Source: Antedon mediterranea
Taxonomy: Eukaryota; Animalia; Echinodermata
Assembly (NCBI RefSeq): GCF_964355755.1
Contig: NC_092670.1
Span: forward strand, 40,722,388-40,786,387
Reading direction: 5' to 3'
Length of the DNA: 64,000 nt
The notes beneath the pieces were generated by a model. The model saw only the letters and a program-made list of their open reading frames with translations, did no database searches and was not told the origin of the DNA. A program made the position numbers and the translations under genes. This document shows positions 37,501 to 52,500 of this stretch, one piece after another; position 1 is the first letter of the stretch; every line of letters begins with the position of its first letter.

Positions 37501-40500
37501 TATTATCAATAGCTTTACCTTCCCGTTGTTGGGCTTGACACAGGTCGAAGGTGAAGTTTCCAAGTAGCTGCTGAGATTGAGTTAGGATCAGCTGCATAGC
37601 AACGCCACAGACACTGAGAAAAAATTAAATATGTTTATTATTTGTTCATTCTCCACCTCGTTCAATAGTAATTAGGTTTTCTTTCTGTCAAGCTATTTTT
37701 ATCATCTTTCATATATTCTTTATTTTCATTTTCTTTCATTCTACCTTCTATGTTCCTTTGACCAAATTATATTAATGTTCTTTTCTTATACTCTATTATT
37801 TATTTATTTATTCTTTCTTTTGATTGGATTGCATTTTCAGTAACGTAGTACTTCAAATGGTCCACATTGTTTTACAAGGTTTAAAGAAAAATTATAGCAT
37901 ATACAGTATACAGCTTTGTACAGTAATTGTTAATTTAAAATTTTATATTTCCAGCTAATTTTGACCATATTATAATATGTTTATACTACAAAAATAACAT
38001 ATCTAAATACAGAAGTCAATCTGTTACATGGATTGATGCTGCCCTTATACAGGATTACTGCTGACTGGACAGTTTGAATATACTGTATTAAGGTTACATA
38101 CTCTAGAGAACACGTTTGAATATATGAAAGTAAACACTGTACATTTCAGATTAATTAAAGCCCATGTATTATCATTGTAATAATACGCTTTTAAAATTCT
38201 GTGTTTTTCCCTTTTTAAACTTCTGTCTATAATAGTATATTACTTATGGGCATGGGTTCCACTAAATACAGTATATAATAGTATTACTTAATATGGGCAT
38301 GGGTTCCACTAAATACAGTATATAATAGTATATTACTTAATATGGGCATGGGTTCCACTAAATACAGTATATAATAGTATTACTTAATATGGGCATGGGT
38401 TCCACTAAATACAGTATATAATAGTATTACTTAATATGGGCATGGGTTCCACTAAATACAGTATATAATAGTATTACTTAATATGGGCATGGGTTCCACT
38501 AAATACAGTATATAATAGTATTACTTAATATGGGCATGGGTTCCACTAAATACAGTATATAATAGTATTACTTAATATGGGCATGGGTTCCACTAAATAC
38601 AGTATATAATAGTATTACTTAATATGGGCATGGGTTCCACTAAATACAGTATATAATAGTATATTACTTAATATGGGCATGGGTTCCACTAAATACAGTA
38701 TATAATAGTATTACTTAATATGGGTATGGGTTCCACTAAATACAGTATATAATAGTATATTACTTAATATGGGCATGGGTTCCACTAAATACAGTATATA
38801 ATAGTATATTACTTAATATGGGCATGGGTTCCACTAAATACAGTATATAATAGTATTACTTAATATGGGCATGGGTTCCACTAAATACAGTATATAATAG
38901 TATATTACTTAATATGGGCATGGGTTCCACTAAATACAGTATATAATAGTATATTACTTAATATGGGCATGGGTTCCACTAAATACAGTATATAATTTAA
39001 AGCCCATGCATTATATATTTATTTTGGAAATTCAATGCATTTAAAAATAGCATGTAATGATAGAAATAGTAAAAAACTAATGTAACAAAAGTGTGATGTT
39101 CCCAAATATTGTAGTGATATGCCCAAATATGGTAGTGATATGAAATCATCATGTCCATATATAGGCACATCACATTTTGTCACAGAAAATTTGATAATTT
39201 TTTTTTATTATTTTATTTATTCGACTTCTCACTAACTCGGTTAGTGAAGGATCTGGACCAACAGGTGGTAAACACCTCTAAAACGGTCCAGTACCAATTT
39301 GCACAGTGGCTGTGTGTGACAGTGGCTGTGTTTGTGTGGACTAGTACACCGGGGTAACCCCCTACTCGTCTCGAAAGATGTACTAGGTTCTTTAAAAGTG
39401 CGCATGAGCTATGTGTACACTGGACCTACGGTTTATAGTCCTTATCCGAGAAGACTCGTTCTACCACCAGAACCATGGAGCGAGTGAGCCTCGAACCCTT
39501 GCCGATGTTATGGCTACGTAATTACGGTTCCACTGTCTTAACCGCTCGGCCGGCCACTCACTCTCTGAGTCTTCGTAGTCTCTTTAATATTACACATCAA
39601 ATAGATACTGTATACAAATGTTGATTTATGCAAGAAAGATTGATGTAAACGTTGTTTGTTATTATTGATTTTTTTTTATTGATTCCTGTAGATACCATAA
39701 TCATTGTGTCTTTTTAATATCTTCCATATTTTATTTGATAAAAATGTTAGTAAATAAAGACATAGTGTCACACTCGGTTCTCGGTCCTGAATCTAGATTA
39801 AAAAAGAATCTGCCATCATAGCATCACATGTGTACCACATCGCCTAGTATCAGAAACCATAACCTAATACTTAATATAACCTTACATGATACAGGCACCA
39901 CATGTGATACACATGTGATCCTGTATTGTATAATCTTCCTATGATACTGGGAAAATATTGTTGATGTAGGGATACTACACTCAGAATCAGGGAGAAATAT
40001 AACTTTTACTAAAATGATATAAAACTGATGAATGTCATCATCTTGGTGATTACGTAACTCTAATGAATCCTAACATTTGATTGCTTTAAGTATGTACTTT
40101 ATTGGACATGATTCTTTAAGCACATCATACAGCAAGTATTACAACATTAATTAACAGTATTGCTACTAAGTTTTTACGTATACAAACACTTAATGTGCTT
40201 AATGTTTTAAGTACATGCTTAATACTACCTGAATGAGTTGAGCTGCTGGGTGTCTTCGACGTGCAAAATGCTTCTGCCTTTGCTGCTGTTGTACTTGCAG
40301 AGCAAAACCAGAACCAAGGATGCCCTAAATAAAAACAAAATCTACAAATAATAATTTCAAATTATGCATTACCAATACTAATATCATCCTATATAATGAT
40401 AATTATGTTATATTGCCTACTTAAAGGTGCAATATAACAATGTAATATAACATTAGTCATGTAATCATAGTCATTGCAGCTGGTACAATCATGTTATTAT

Positions 40501-43500
40501 AACTGCGCTTATTACCTTTTTGGATCCATATTTTAACCAATCATGTTCTTGTATTTATGTAAGCTATCTAACACTGTAACACTAACTACAAGTTAAGCTC
40601 GGTTTCCACTACAAGTTAAGCTCGGTTTCCACTAGGACGCAACGCAAGGACATAAAACCATAATGCAAGCGAATTGACCAATGACAATGATAGTTTGAAT
40701 ATTCCATCGCTAATTGTGATTGGTCAAATTACTTGCATTGCGCTTTGTGTCCTTGCGTTGCTTTCTAGTGGGAACCAAGCTTCAATCAGCACTAAAGCGT
40801 GGTTCCCACTAGCGACGCAACACAAGGACGTAACGCAACGCAAGTGACTTGACCAATCACAAGCGATGGCTTATTCGCTTGTGATTGCTAACTGTCTATA
40901 ACTTCGCTTGTCATTGGTTAAAACGCTTGCGTTGCGTTTACGTCCTTGCGTTACGTTCTAGTGGGAACCAAGCTTAAAGCATAAATATACAAATGACTTA
41001 TATAAGCCTATCAAGAATACCTTGGAAAGGTGTATATAACTAGACTGATATTCATCAGACAATAAATGTAACTTTTTCAATTAACTTTGTGATGACAGGC
41101 TAAAAATAAGTTGCACCACATGTTTCCTTTCTTGGAATACTTCTATAGACTATAATTATTAATTTCCTTAAATTGTTATTATTAAACTTTAATTAATAAT
41201 AAAGATTTATTGGTTTGTTATTTAAAATTGAATGTATTACTTTGATACATTACTTATGTATAAAGAAACATAACCGACAGGCAGACAGACAGACAGACAG
41301 GCCATATGTCATTACTCATGTATAAAGAAACATAACCGACAAGCCATATGTCATTTATAAGCTGCTGAATAAGACGGGTGGGCTAACCAGAGGCAAACGT
41401 CGATTTCATGTTGAATGTATTTAATACTGACACATATGCACACAGGGTTCAATGATAGCCTACTTATGAATGAACTTAAAGTTTACTGGCTAGGTTTATG
41501 TTTATTTTAAGATGCTTACTTTAAGGTAGACTTAACCATCTACATAGATTAATTAAAAATGCTTGAGACATTACATAAATTAACATTAATATATACAGTA
41601 TTTCTATATTATTAATTCAAAGGCAAATTACTGCAAAAATGACAATGCTGTGGGTATCAGTTGCTGGATAAATACTTATATTTATTGCTTGAATGGGAAA
41701 AAAGAAAGTGAGAGATAATTAGTTAATGTTTCATAAATTTCAATAATATTTGCATCTATGTTTATTTAACAAATTATGTTTGGCTAAACTAATTTGAACA
41801 CCTCAAATACAAGTGTATTGAAGCTGATGATCACATTCTATCCTCATTTAGGAAATTATGTTTGGCTAACTAATTTGAACACCTCAAATACAAGTGTATT
41901 GAAGCTGATCACATTCTATCCTCATTTAGGAAATTATGCCAATTACTTTTGTGATATTACAATCAAATATATATTACAAATGTGATGACAACTTAATGTA
42001 CTATAGATAATGATTGTACAAATAGGCACTTCATCAATGGCGAGTGATTCAAATTGAAATTTAATAGGACACTTCATTCTTTTGTGGGTATTACAACTAT
42101 AAGAATATAACAATATTATGCAGTTCTAACATATGGTAATATCCTAATATGGTAACATATGGTAATATCCTAATATATAATCTGTGATTTACAGAACTAG
42201 GACTCACAAACTTACTACCTTTTGTTAAGTAGGATTTCCATCTGGCCTCTGGACATTCTCTGTTATTAATTGAATCATTATAGGGACAATGTCAACATTT
42301 TTCTACTGCAGTTACTGCAGTAACTTTATTTTGTTTAGCAAGCTGTTTTTGGGTTATAGTCATACACTGTTTATTGCAGTGACTGCTCATCATTTTCGTC
42401 ACTGAAACTAAAATACATATTGCAGCTAACAAAGTAGTTACTGCAGTAACCTATTTTTACTGCAGTATCCTTTTTTTTCTCAAGAAATTATGTTCTGTAT
42501 TTTAACTTAGATGGTGATAACCATTGGTCAATTATTATTATTTGTTGTTGACAATAACATTATTATTAAATGCTGTAAAATAATCACTCAACTAATTTCT
42601 AATTGTTGGATAAAATAGATAGCACTGTCGCTGCTCAGTGGCAATATCACTGTCGCTGCTCAGTGGCAATAGCACTGTCGCTGCTCAGTGGCAATAGCAC
42701 TGTCGCTGCTCAGTGGCAATAGCACTGTCGCTGCTCAGTGGCAATAGCACTTTCGCTGCTTAGTGGCAATAGCACTGTCGCTGCTCAGTGGCAATAGCAC
42801 TGTCGCTGCTCAGTGGCAATAGCACTGTCGCTGCTCAGTGGCAATAGCACTGTCGCTGCTCAGTGGCAATAGCACTGTCGCTGCTCAGTGGCAATAGCAC
42901 TGTCGCTGCTCAGTGGCAATAGAACTGTCGCTGCTCAGTGGCGTTGGATATTGTAAGATGATGTAATCCATCTCCTTCTTTTGTTAATTGCTCCATGAGG
43001 GATGAATAAAGATATATACTGATGCATAAAATAGTGTTCATTTAATTTATTTGTATGTAATAATTTCTTTTATTTTTCAGAACAGTAAAGTGTTGTACAC
43101 ATGTAATAAAAACTGACAGAAAGTGAGAGCATCATTTGAAATTCTGAGTACATTGATTATTGACTTGAGTATACTAATACTTGAAGATGGCAACATACAG
43201 TATGCAAAGGTAATTGATTTATTTTAAAGGGAGCATGTCAAATGTATTCTACTGCAGTTACTGCAGTAACTACTTTGTTAAACAATAATGTATGTTTTTA
43301 GTTTGTTGTTCAATGTGTCACTGCAATAATCAGTGTTTAAAATTACTTAAAGTTTGATAAATAATTACATAAACATGTTAAAAAGTAAACATAATGTAGT
43401 TACTGCAGTAGAATAAGTTTGACATGTTCCCTATCTTGATTAAACTAATCCTAATTAATCATAAAGGAGATTTATAGTCAGATCAATTGTGTTTGAAAAC

Positions 43501-46500
43501 TATTGTTTTAAATTTATTTATTTATTTTATTTATTTATTTACTCTATATCAATGGTTCTTTAATGTTGAGTAAAAAACATAACATGGGACAAAAAATGTG
43601 ATGTGCCCATATATGGACATGATGTCATATCACTACCATATTTGGGCATATCACCACTATATTTGGGCATATCACCACTATATTTGGGCACAGACAGAGC
43701 TTTACATTTAATCCCCAAACTCCAACGTGTTTATATGACAATAGCTAAAGTAAACTGACAAGTGGGATCTTGATGAATGGGTTATCCACCAAATCTAAAT
43801 CCAAGAAGTGATCTTATACCAAAGTACAATTGCTTAAGTATGGTAATTGAGTTGAAATTTAATCATAAGGGTTTTATTTCTTGACATTTTGCCACAAAAT
43901 GTAGATAACATTGTCAATCCAATATATTACAGTGAGACACCTCTATACTAGTAATAAATGCTCACATTAAAAAAATAATTTATCAAGTTTAAAGCATTTC
44001 ATTAGCTTCATTGAGTGTATTCAGTGAAAATCTGTAACCCTGATTTAAAAAAAGTCTTCATTTTGAAATAATAAAACAGACAGAACACCTGTGCTAACTT
44101 CCTATTTCAGAATTAAATGATAGTTTATTAGAAAACAGTTGTATAACATGATTGAAGAGTGCATATTACTACGATGATAGCCAATGCGTTTTAAGGTCAA
44201 ATGTCAAATCAAACTGCTCTGCTGTTTCCTGTCGTTAACGTCTTTAAAACGGTTGTCAATTATTTGTTATTTTTATTCATGTTCGTTAAAATATGAATGG
44301 AGATGACGCACCTTCCTATCATTTAGACTATTTTGCATAAACAGCGCCACCAGTGTTGATCATGATAATTGCCGACTGTATGATTGTCATGACCATCAAT
44401 AAAATAACATTTGGGATGCGTACAATGACGTAGATAACAGGTGACGTCAATTTACAAACAAAACAAATGTCATTTACTTTTTAACAATTTAAGTCAGTAC
44501 TTACGGCAGGAAGAGCAAAGAACGATGCACCCAAAATTGCAAATAAAGTACAAACTAACTTTCCAGACCAATTACTTGGTGTTTTGTCTCCATAACCAAT
44601 AGTTGTTAAGGTAATCTGTTAAAAAATTAACAAATTTTATGCTGGAATTTAATTAGCATATTTAAGCATCGATACATTCATTCAAAATTTATTTATTTTT
44701 TAAACATATATATTTTAAACCACATTATGCGGTACTTAATTAGCATAATTAGCATATTTAAGCATATTAAACCATACGTTTGTTAACAAACGTTTCAGCC
44801 TTTAAAAAAGTGCTGCTGTTTTGTATGGTTTTATATTTACCGAAATAAATAAGTTTATTCATAAATTTATTTATTTTTTAAACATAATATATCTTAAACC
44901 ACATTAAATGAGAGCACACACATAATAAAGAAACCCTCAAATTAATATAAAATTTCATGAATAATTATCTATAATATTCAAGTATTGATTCCAATAACAT
45001 TTTTTTTAAATAATAATAATAAAAATCCATGTTTAATAGTGCATTATGAAAAGCCTCAATGCGCTTAACAGTAAAATAAAATGAAAACTAAGCGCCTGTT
45101 TCTGCTTTTTTTTAAACCATTCTTTCAAAATAAAGTATTTTAAATTTGTATTTTTTTTCTCACCAGAAAGTGGTCTTTAAAACAGCCTTTTAAGTTTTAA
45201 AATCAGACTTAAAATTGTGTAGTTTTAATAAAGATTTTTACTTCTGTGAATAATTATTTCACTTTAAAAAAAAAAAATATCTTTAAGTTAAATATTAAAA
45301 GTACAAAATATTACAGTAAGGTACATACAAACACTCATATTACACTTAGATTACACTTATATTATTATTATGTATCTCTTAAATATGGTAATTACTGATA
45401 TATGTTACAAAGACTATTGTTGTAGACATATCCGTAGCCATAAGGATGGAGAGAAGCAGATGTGAAAATGTTTACTGTATTAAGTGTCATAGTGTTTGAG
45501 ACCTATACGCCACAAGGTAGTGGTCTAATGGTAGGCCACCTGAGTGTCATAGTGTTTGAGACCTATACGCCACAAGGTAGTGGTCTAATGGTAGGCCACC
45601 TGAGTGTCACAGTGTTTGAGACCTATACGCCACAAGGTAGTGGTCTAATGGTAGGCCACCTGCATACAAGCAGTAGGATTTAGAGTTCTAGTCTCAGCCG
45701 GGGCATTGAATTTTTATTTAAATATATTTATGGCTGGAGTGCACATTATTTATGGCTGGAGTGCACATTATTTATGGCTGGAGTGCACATTATTTATGGC
45801 TGGAGTGCACATTATTTATGGCTGGAGTGCACATTATTTATGGCTGGAGTGCACATTATTTATGGCTGGAGTGCACATTATTTATTTGAAGAATTTTTGA
45901 GTGTTTTAAGTTTCTCTATTTCCCTGTGGTTTTTAAATATTTTTTTTCCATTACAATTGACTCAAATGAAAACCAGAAATTCTCTAAAAAGACATATTTT
46001 TGGGATTTTTTAAAAAACACATTTGGAAAACCAGAATATCTGAAAAAATTGAAATATTGGACTCCAGCCCAAATAAGGCTTGTGTTGGGAGAGTTGACTG
46101 TATATCATATGGCTGCTAGATTAATCCAGTTTTTTTATTGATCGTGTTTCACTAATTATTAAAAAGTCAATGATTATTGCCCTAAAATGGAACAAGGCTT
46201 CTAAATCTACAATATGAAATCAATTTAAACAGAAGCCTTTTGACAATCTGTGATTTTGAGAAGAAGAAAAATCATATATCAATCAAACTGGTGTTGAATA
46301 CCCTGTCTCTTTTTTCTTGATATATTTGTTTCTAATTGCTTAAACATAGTTTCACTTAAATTTCAGGCAAGCTCATGCTTAATTTCAGGCAAGCTCATGC
46401 TTAATTTTAGGCAAGCTCATGCTTAATTTCAGGCAAGCTCATGCTTAATTTTAGGCAAGCTCATGCTTAATTTCAGGCAAGCTCATGCTTAATGTCAGGC

Positions 46501-49500
46501 AAGCTCATGCTTAATTTCAGATAAGTATGCTTAATTTCAGACAAGCATGCTTAATTTTAGACAAGCTCATGCTTAATTTCAGACAAGCTCATGCTTAATT
46601 TCAGACAAGCTCATGTTTAATTCCAGAAAAGCTCATGCTTAATTTCAGGCAAGCTCATGCTTAATTTCAGGCAAGCTCATGCTTAATTTCAGGCAAGCTC
46701 ATGCTTAATTTCAGATAAGTATGCTTAATTTCAGACAAGCTCATTCTTAATTCCAGAAAAGCTCATGCTTAATTTCAGAAAAGCTATGCTTAATTTCAGA
46801 AAAGCTCATGCTTAATTTCAGAAAAGTTCATGCTTATTTTCTGGTAAACTCATGCATAATTTAATCAAAATTTGTACTCATGGGAAACCTGAATACCAAA
46901 TTTGGTGCTTTTGGAAAAAAACTCACACCAGGCAATAGGAGAAAACTACAGAAAAATCTCTTTCTATTAGACATTCTATTTCCTTCGTTTCTTATAAGAC
47001 TCAAATTGTGTTTTTTGGTGATACAATATTTTATGTGTTTTAATTTTGTTGTCATTTGTAAACGTTTAACCCTTGAGGCAAAAATTATATATTGGGTAAA
47101 ATCAATTCATAATTTATCTCATCACAATGGTTTGAAACATTGTTTGCGTTTAGCCTCAAGCAGTTGATTGTTATTTAAATGATTTCTTAGTTTTTATATG
47201 AATGTTTTGATGCATAACATTATCCTTCCAAAGAGTTAAGAAAAGCAAGTACTAAGTACGCAAACCTAAACCTATCTGATTTTTATCTTTCATGGATTCT
47301 TCTTAATTATATAAGTTTAACACCAAAGTAGCTGAACAAACAAAATCAAATTAAACCTTAAAATTTATCTGTAAGCTTGGTTCCCTCTTGCGTTCTATTT
47401 ACAAACTAGTTTGACAAAAAAAGTGTGTGTATGGGCACATCACATTTGTCACATAAAGTTTGATAGTGTAGACAGTGCTTTAGATGCAATACATCCGAAT
47501 TGTCGCCTGTGATTGGTCAACTCACCTACATTGTTGCATTGCATCCAAGTGGGAACACGAAGTAATTGGCGAGTTTGTGCTCGCTGTTGGAATGCGTATG
47601 AAATAAATAAAATAAATCCAAAGGCAAATTACTGAAAAAATGACAATGCTGTGGGTATCAGTGGCTGAATCTCAATGGAGATACAAAAAAAAGCGAAAAG
47701 CTAAATCAAAACGATAAGTAAAACAGCCAGAAAAGTAAGCAGAGCTTTCGAGCAACACTAGCCCTTCATCAGTGCAAGTGTGAAATAAATAAAATATAAA
47801 TAAATTGTTATAATTACCAAACCATAATACAACGAATCTGGTAGATTGTCAAATTCATCTGGGTTGCTCTTTTGTTCTAATGCATATACAGAAAATGATA
47901 TGGCAATCAACGCAAGAAAACTAATATACCACGTTGTTAGTAGCTCCTGAAAAAATTAATGAAAATTAATCATTAAATTATTAAATGTACATCATCATCG
48001 AGTCATATTTTAATAATAATGGGGTAATAACATTTATTTCCACAATTAATAGAGCAAAATACAGAGTAACATAATAAATATACAACCGATAATGAACATA
48101 ATTAATATAATGCAAGAAAAGAGTAACATAATAAATATACAACTGATAATGAACATAATTAATATAATGCAAGAAAAGAGTAACCAAAATAAAAGTTATA
48201 TTATATATTTTTTTATGATAATATTTAGGCTGTAAGGAAGTACAACTGTGTTATTATGTAGACGACAAGTAGACAGTCACATTTTACCCTGTTCCTCAAT
48301 ATACCTGTAGTTACCCTACATTACTGTTAATTGTACGTACTACAGTAGATACCCGACCCCCCACCCCCCTCCATTGGGACACCCCTATTCATATCCCTAT
48401 TAAGGGGAAACTTTTCAGTTTATGAACAAAGGAGAAATATATGTTTAACAATAAGGCCAACTCCTATTCAAGAAACACTCCTATTAAGGGGACACTTTGT
48501 CAGGCCCCTAAAGTTTACTTGTTTCCGGAGCTCAGCATTTGCTGGGTCCGGAGCCGAGGCTAGGCTCTTGAAAATAACATCAAATCATTTGATTATTTCA
48601 ATTAGTATTATTTCATTTATAAAATCATACATAATATGATACCTAGTCCTCACAAGTAATGTTGTCTAATGTTTTAGGAAAAATAATATGACCTGCGTTC
48701 ATGTTAATGTTTTACATTTGCATGCATGTTTTGTATTAAGTGTTACCATAGAAACCAATCAAATCCAACTAGCTTTATATCAAGTTGTAATAAAAAGATA
48801 CTAAAATGATGTGATTGGCTTTCAGTTGCTTTTCCAACAAATATCAAAATACTACAATTAAAATTTATTAGAAATTCATATTTTGTAAATTAAAAAAATT
48901 AGAATAATTTGAAATTACAATAGAACCACGACCAGCTAGATTTATATCAAGTTGCCAAGATAGGAACTCGACATAACAGTGCTTTGATCTGCATGCGACA
49001 AATACCAACAGTACTGTGCTATGTACATATTCCCTGTGGCATGCAGTGTCTGATAAGGTGGGGGGGGGGGGACTATTCGTGTCGCAGCCACAGATAAATC
49101 CTTTTATCCTCAGACCTCAGCATCCTGTTAGATTGCCTTTAAAACAAAGGAAATATAACACTAACCCTATTTTTGGGGTACACTCCCAAAGGGGTTATTT
49201 TTTTAATCATAAAGCTGTCCCTTTAATACTACAGGATTCAACCTTACAGTATTTACCGTATGATTGTGGTAAAATGCTGTCAAGTATCAACTAAACTTAA
49301 ACAGATCTCCAAAAATTGTGTAATTCATTTCTTAGATATAAAAGCACTACATCAAATGTAATCTGACAGAATTTAGAAGATTATTAAATGTTAATTCCAT
49401 TTGGAAAGTGGAAAACAAATTTACTGCGCACTAGAAACTGTTGAAAAAAATAAATCCTAAGTGTATAGACTACCTGCTTCTTATGTGTCAATGTTGTAAA

Positions 49501-52500
49501 ATTAACTAAACATTAAAGGGACACATTTGGGACCCTAATATATACCCCTACTATTTTAATCCACTTCTCTGTTATATTCTGAAACCTTCAAAGATCAGAT
49601 ACAACCCTAAAACCATCAGAGTTATATCGGATTTAATGATACAGAGTTATAGAGAGTTATTACTTATTTTGTTTATCATGTTTCAGTTTGATGAGGTAAT
49701 CATGTCAAAAACAGTATAAGTGGGTCCCGTCATTTCACAAATGTTACAATGTTAGTAACACTGTATACTCACATAGACACAATTCAGCACTATAAACGTA
49801 TAATACTTCAGGTCATTTGATGCCATACATCAACTTTCTGTGCTCATTAACGTATGTGCTTGTTGCACGAATAACCTATGATTTTGATACAGGTTATTTC
49901 TCTGGTTTTATCTTCACAAATCACAAAAATCACATACTACTATCTTCATCCTAAAATCCCTGTCTACACTATCAAACTAGTTTGACAAAAAAGTGTGATG
50001 TGCCCAAATATGGTAGTGATTTGACATCATCATGTCAATATATGGACCCTAACCCATTTTTTGTCACATAAAGTTTGATAGTGTAGACAGAGATTCAATA
50101 TTTGTATTTATTTTCTTTTTTGTTTTATTTTTAAATTATTAAATTCATTTTTTTTAGTATTATTTTAAGTAAATGATTCTAATTAATATTTATTATTGGC
50201 ATGAAAACTCATTTGTGTTGGTATATAACAAACATTACATTTCTATTACTATTTTGGTCTCAATGCAAAAAGGATATATTGAATAAATGTTTTGACATTT
50301 TGACGAATTAAAGTATCAATTGTTCTCTACAAACAACATTACAATTGAATATTATCATTTTTACCTGTCTGTGTGCCCAGACAACACTGCCAAGGAGTTT
50401 CCACGTATTACCCCGTCTGTCTAACCTCACTAATCTTAAGAACTGAAGAAAGCGAAGACCTCTAAGAGAATCATCGTGGAATTTCATTCCTTTATCACTT
50501 CCAACAAGGAATATTAATAAGGTTGATATAACAACTACAATATCTGTAAAACACAATATAAATAGCACATAATACTTATTATGTAATTCCTAAAGTATGT
50601 CAAATTGTCATTTTTATGTTTAGAGACAATAATAATATTGTTTTCTGGGATAGTCTTACACAATTCCATATTAATAGCCAACTGCTTGTTGTCATGTGAC
50701 ATGTTTTGTCCAGTCAGCTTACCTAATATACACAGAGGTTGTCTAATAAATCGTATCCTTCCATAAGTTCCTTGGTAACGACTCCGACATCCCGCAGACC
50801 AAACTCGTAAACCACATTCAAAGCTCAAGACTACCAATAAAAGCATTTCCTTTTAAAAAAGCAAATAATAATTGTAATTAAAAAAATATAATTGTAAATG
50901 TTCAATGTATTTCAAAATTGTTCCCTTCATTGGCACTATACAGAATCACCATTTTTAACATACACATATTCAATTAAATTTAATTCCACTTTACTTCAGA
51001 CAAACTGTCCATATGAAACATATTATACATAGCATTATATAATAACCGTTATGGAGAGAAGACCAATTAATTAAAATTCTGTGTTGTTTGGTCATCTGAA
51101 CTTGGAATCGGCCAAAAATGTGTCAAGAGAGGAAGCACAGCCTCTATGTCTACAGTAAGTTTAGTCATTTTTTCAGTTATAACAATAATAACTGGGGCCC
51201 ACACTAGAAGCAAAGGCTTATCTCATGAGGGCCCCTACAATGTATAATACATGAAAAGGAATATAAAATAAACAGCCAGTTTGAAATAATGAATTAACAT
51301 GATTAACTAGTTCTCTAGTTTCCATATCAAAAACTGCCTCACCACACTCAACATCAGCAACAACATCAACATCCATCAATTGATTGTCTCTGCATACAAT
51401 GCCAACTCCTAGAAACGTCGTACACAAGGACAAATGACATTTATAAAATCACATTTGCACATGGTAAATGAATATTTATATACAGGGTACAGTTCCATAA
51501 ATCACAATGTAATAAATGTCGTGTCTAAAATCGAATGCACATCACTACAATACATAAAAAGACAACTGGTGCAATCTAATCATCTATTAACTGCATACAC
51601 AATCATATAACAACTTCTGTTGAAACATTTTAACAAAAGGATCTCAAAAACTTATTAAATGGACTAGACGCTTGGCGCTAAGCGACTGATTCACCCGCTT
51701 ATTTTACAATAATGGATATACATTGTACTATTTTGATATAAATGTACTTAATTGGTACATATTCACCCGATTATCTGTACTGTATTCATAGGTGAATTCT
51801 ATGATACATTGTCACATATGTATCACATGTGATGCCTGTATGTTAAGTCTGTATGTTAAGTATATGGTTAAGCATATGGCCTATGATACAGTGATCACAT
51901 GTGATATATACGTATAGTGTATCACAGAATTTGTCTATGATACTATACAAATTATAGATAGTATTGATAATCTGTTAGTATAACCCTTTTGATGTATAGA
52001 CTGTGATGGTAATCTTTGGCAAACCTAATATAGTTGAATAAACTATTTTTTTCCACACTTTATCTGCGTCCTAAATCTTTCAGACTTGAAGTAATAAAGT
52101 GTATTGATGAATTTATACATGCCACAAAATATTAGGGTATATAGCCTAAACGAAAATACTCAAACATGAACACATTAATTAGTTCAATTATACATTAAAA
52201 GGTTTACTTTGAAGGTAATCCATCAATTAACCTGAATTACAAGATGTTGGTCTATTAATAAACAGTGTGATTGCAAAGTACAGCAGAAATAATGCCATAC
52301 AGCTACATGCGGTAATAAACCAAATTTACATGACCTATTTATGCAAAATTTTTTTATGATCTTATGCTGTATAAATACAAACAAATTGCAGATTATTTTA
52401 TCATTTAATACAGGTATCCTCTGAACAGAACTGGTATCCCCTGAAATAGAGTGTCTCCTAAATAGGAGTGTCCTCTGAATGTGGTTTTCCTGAACAGGGA

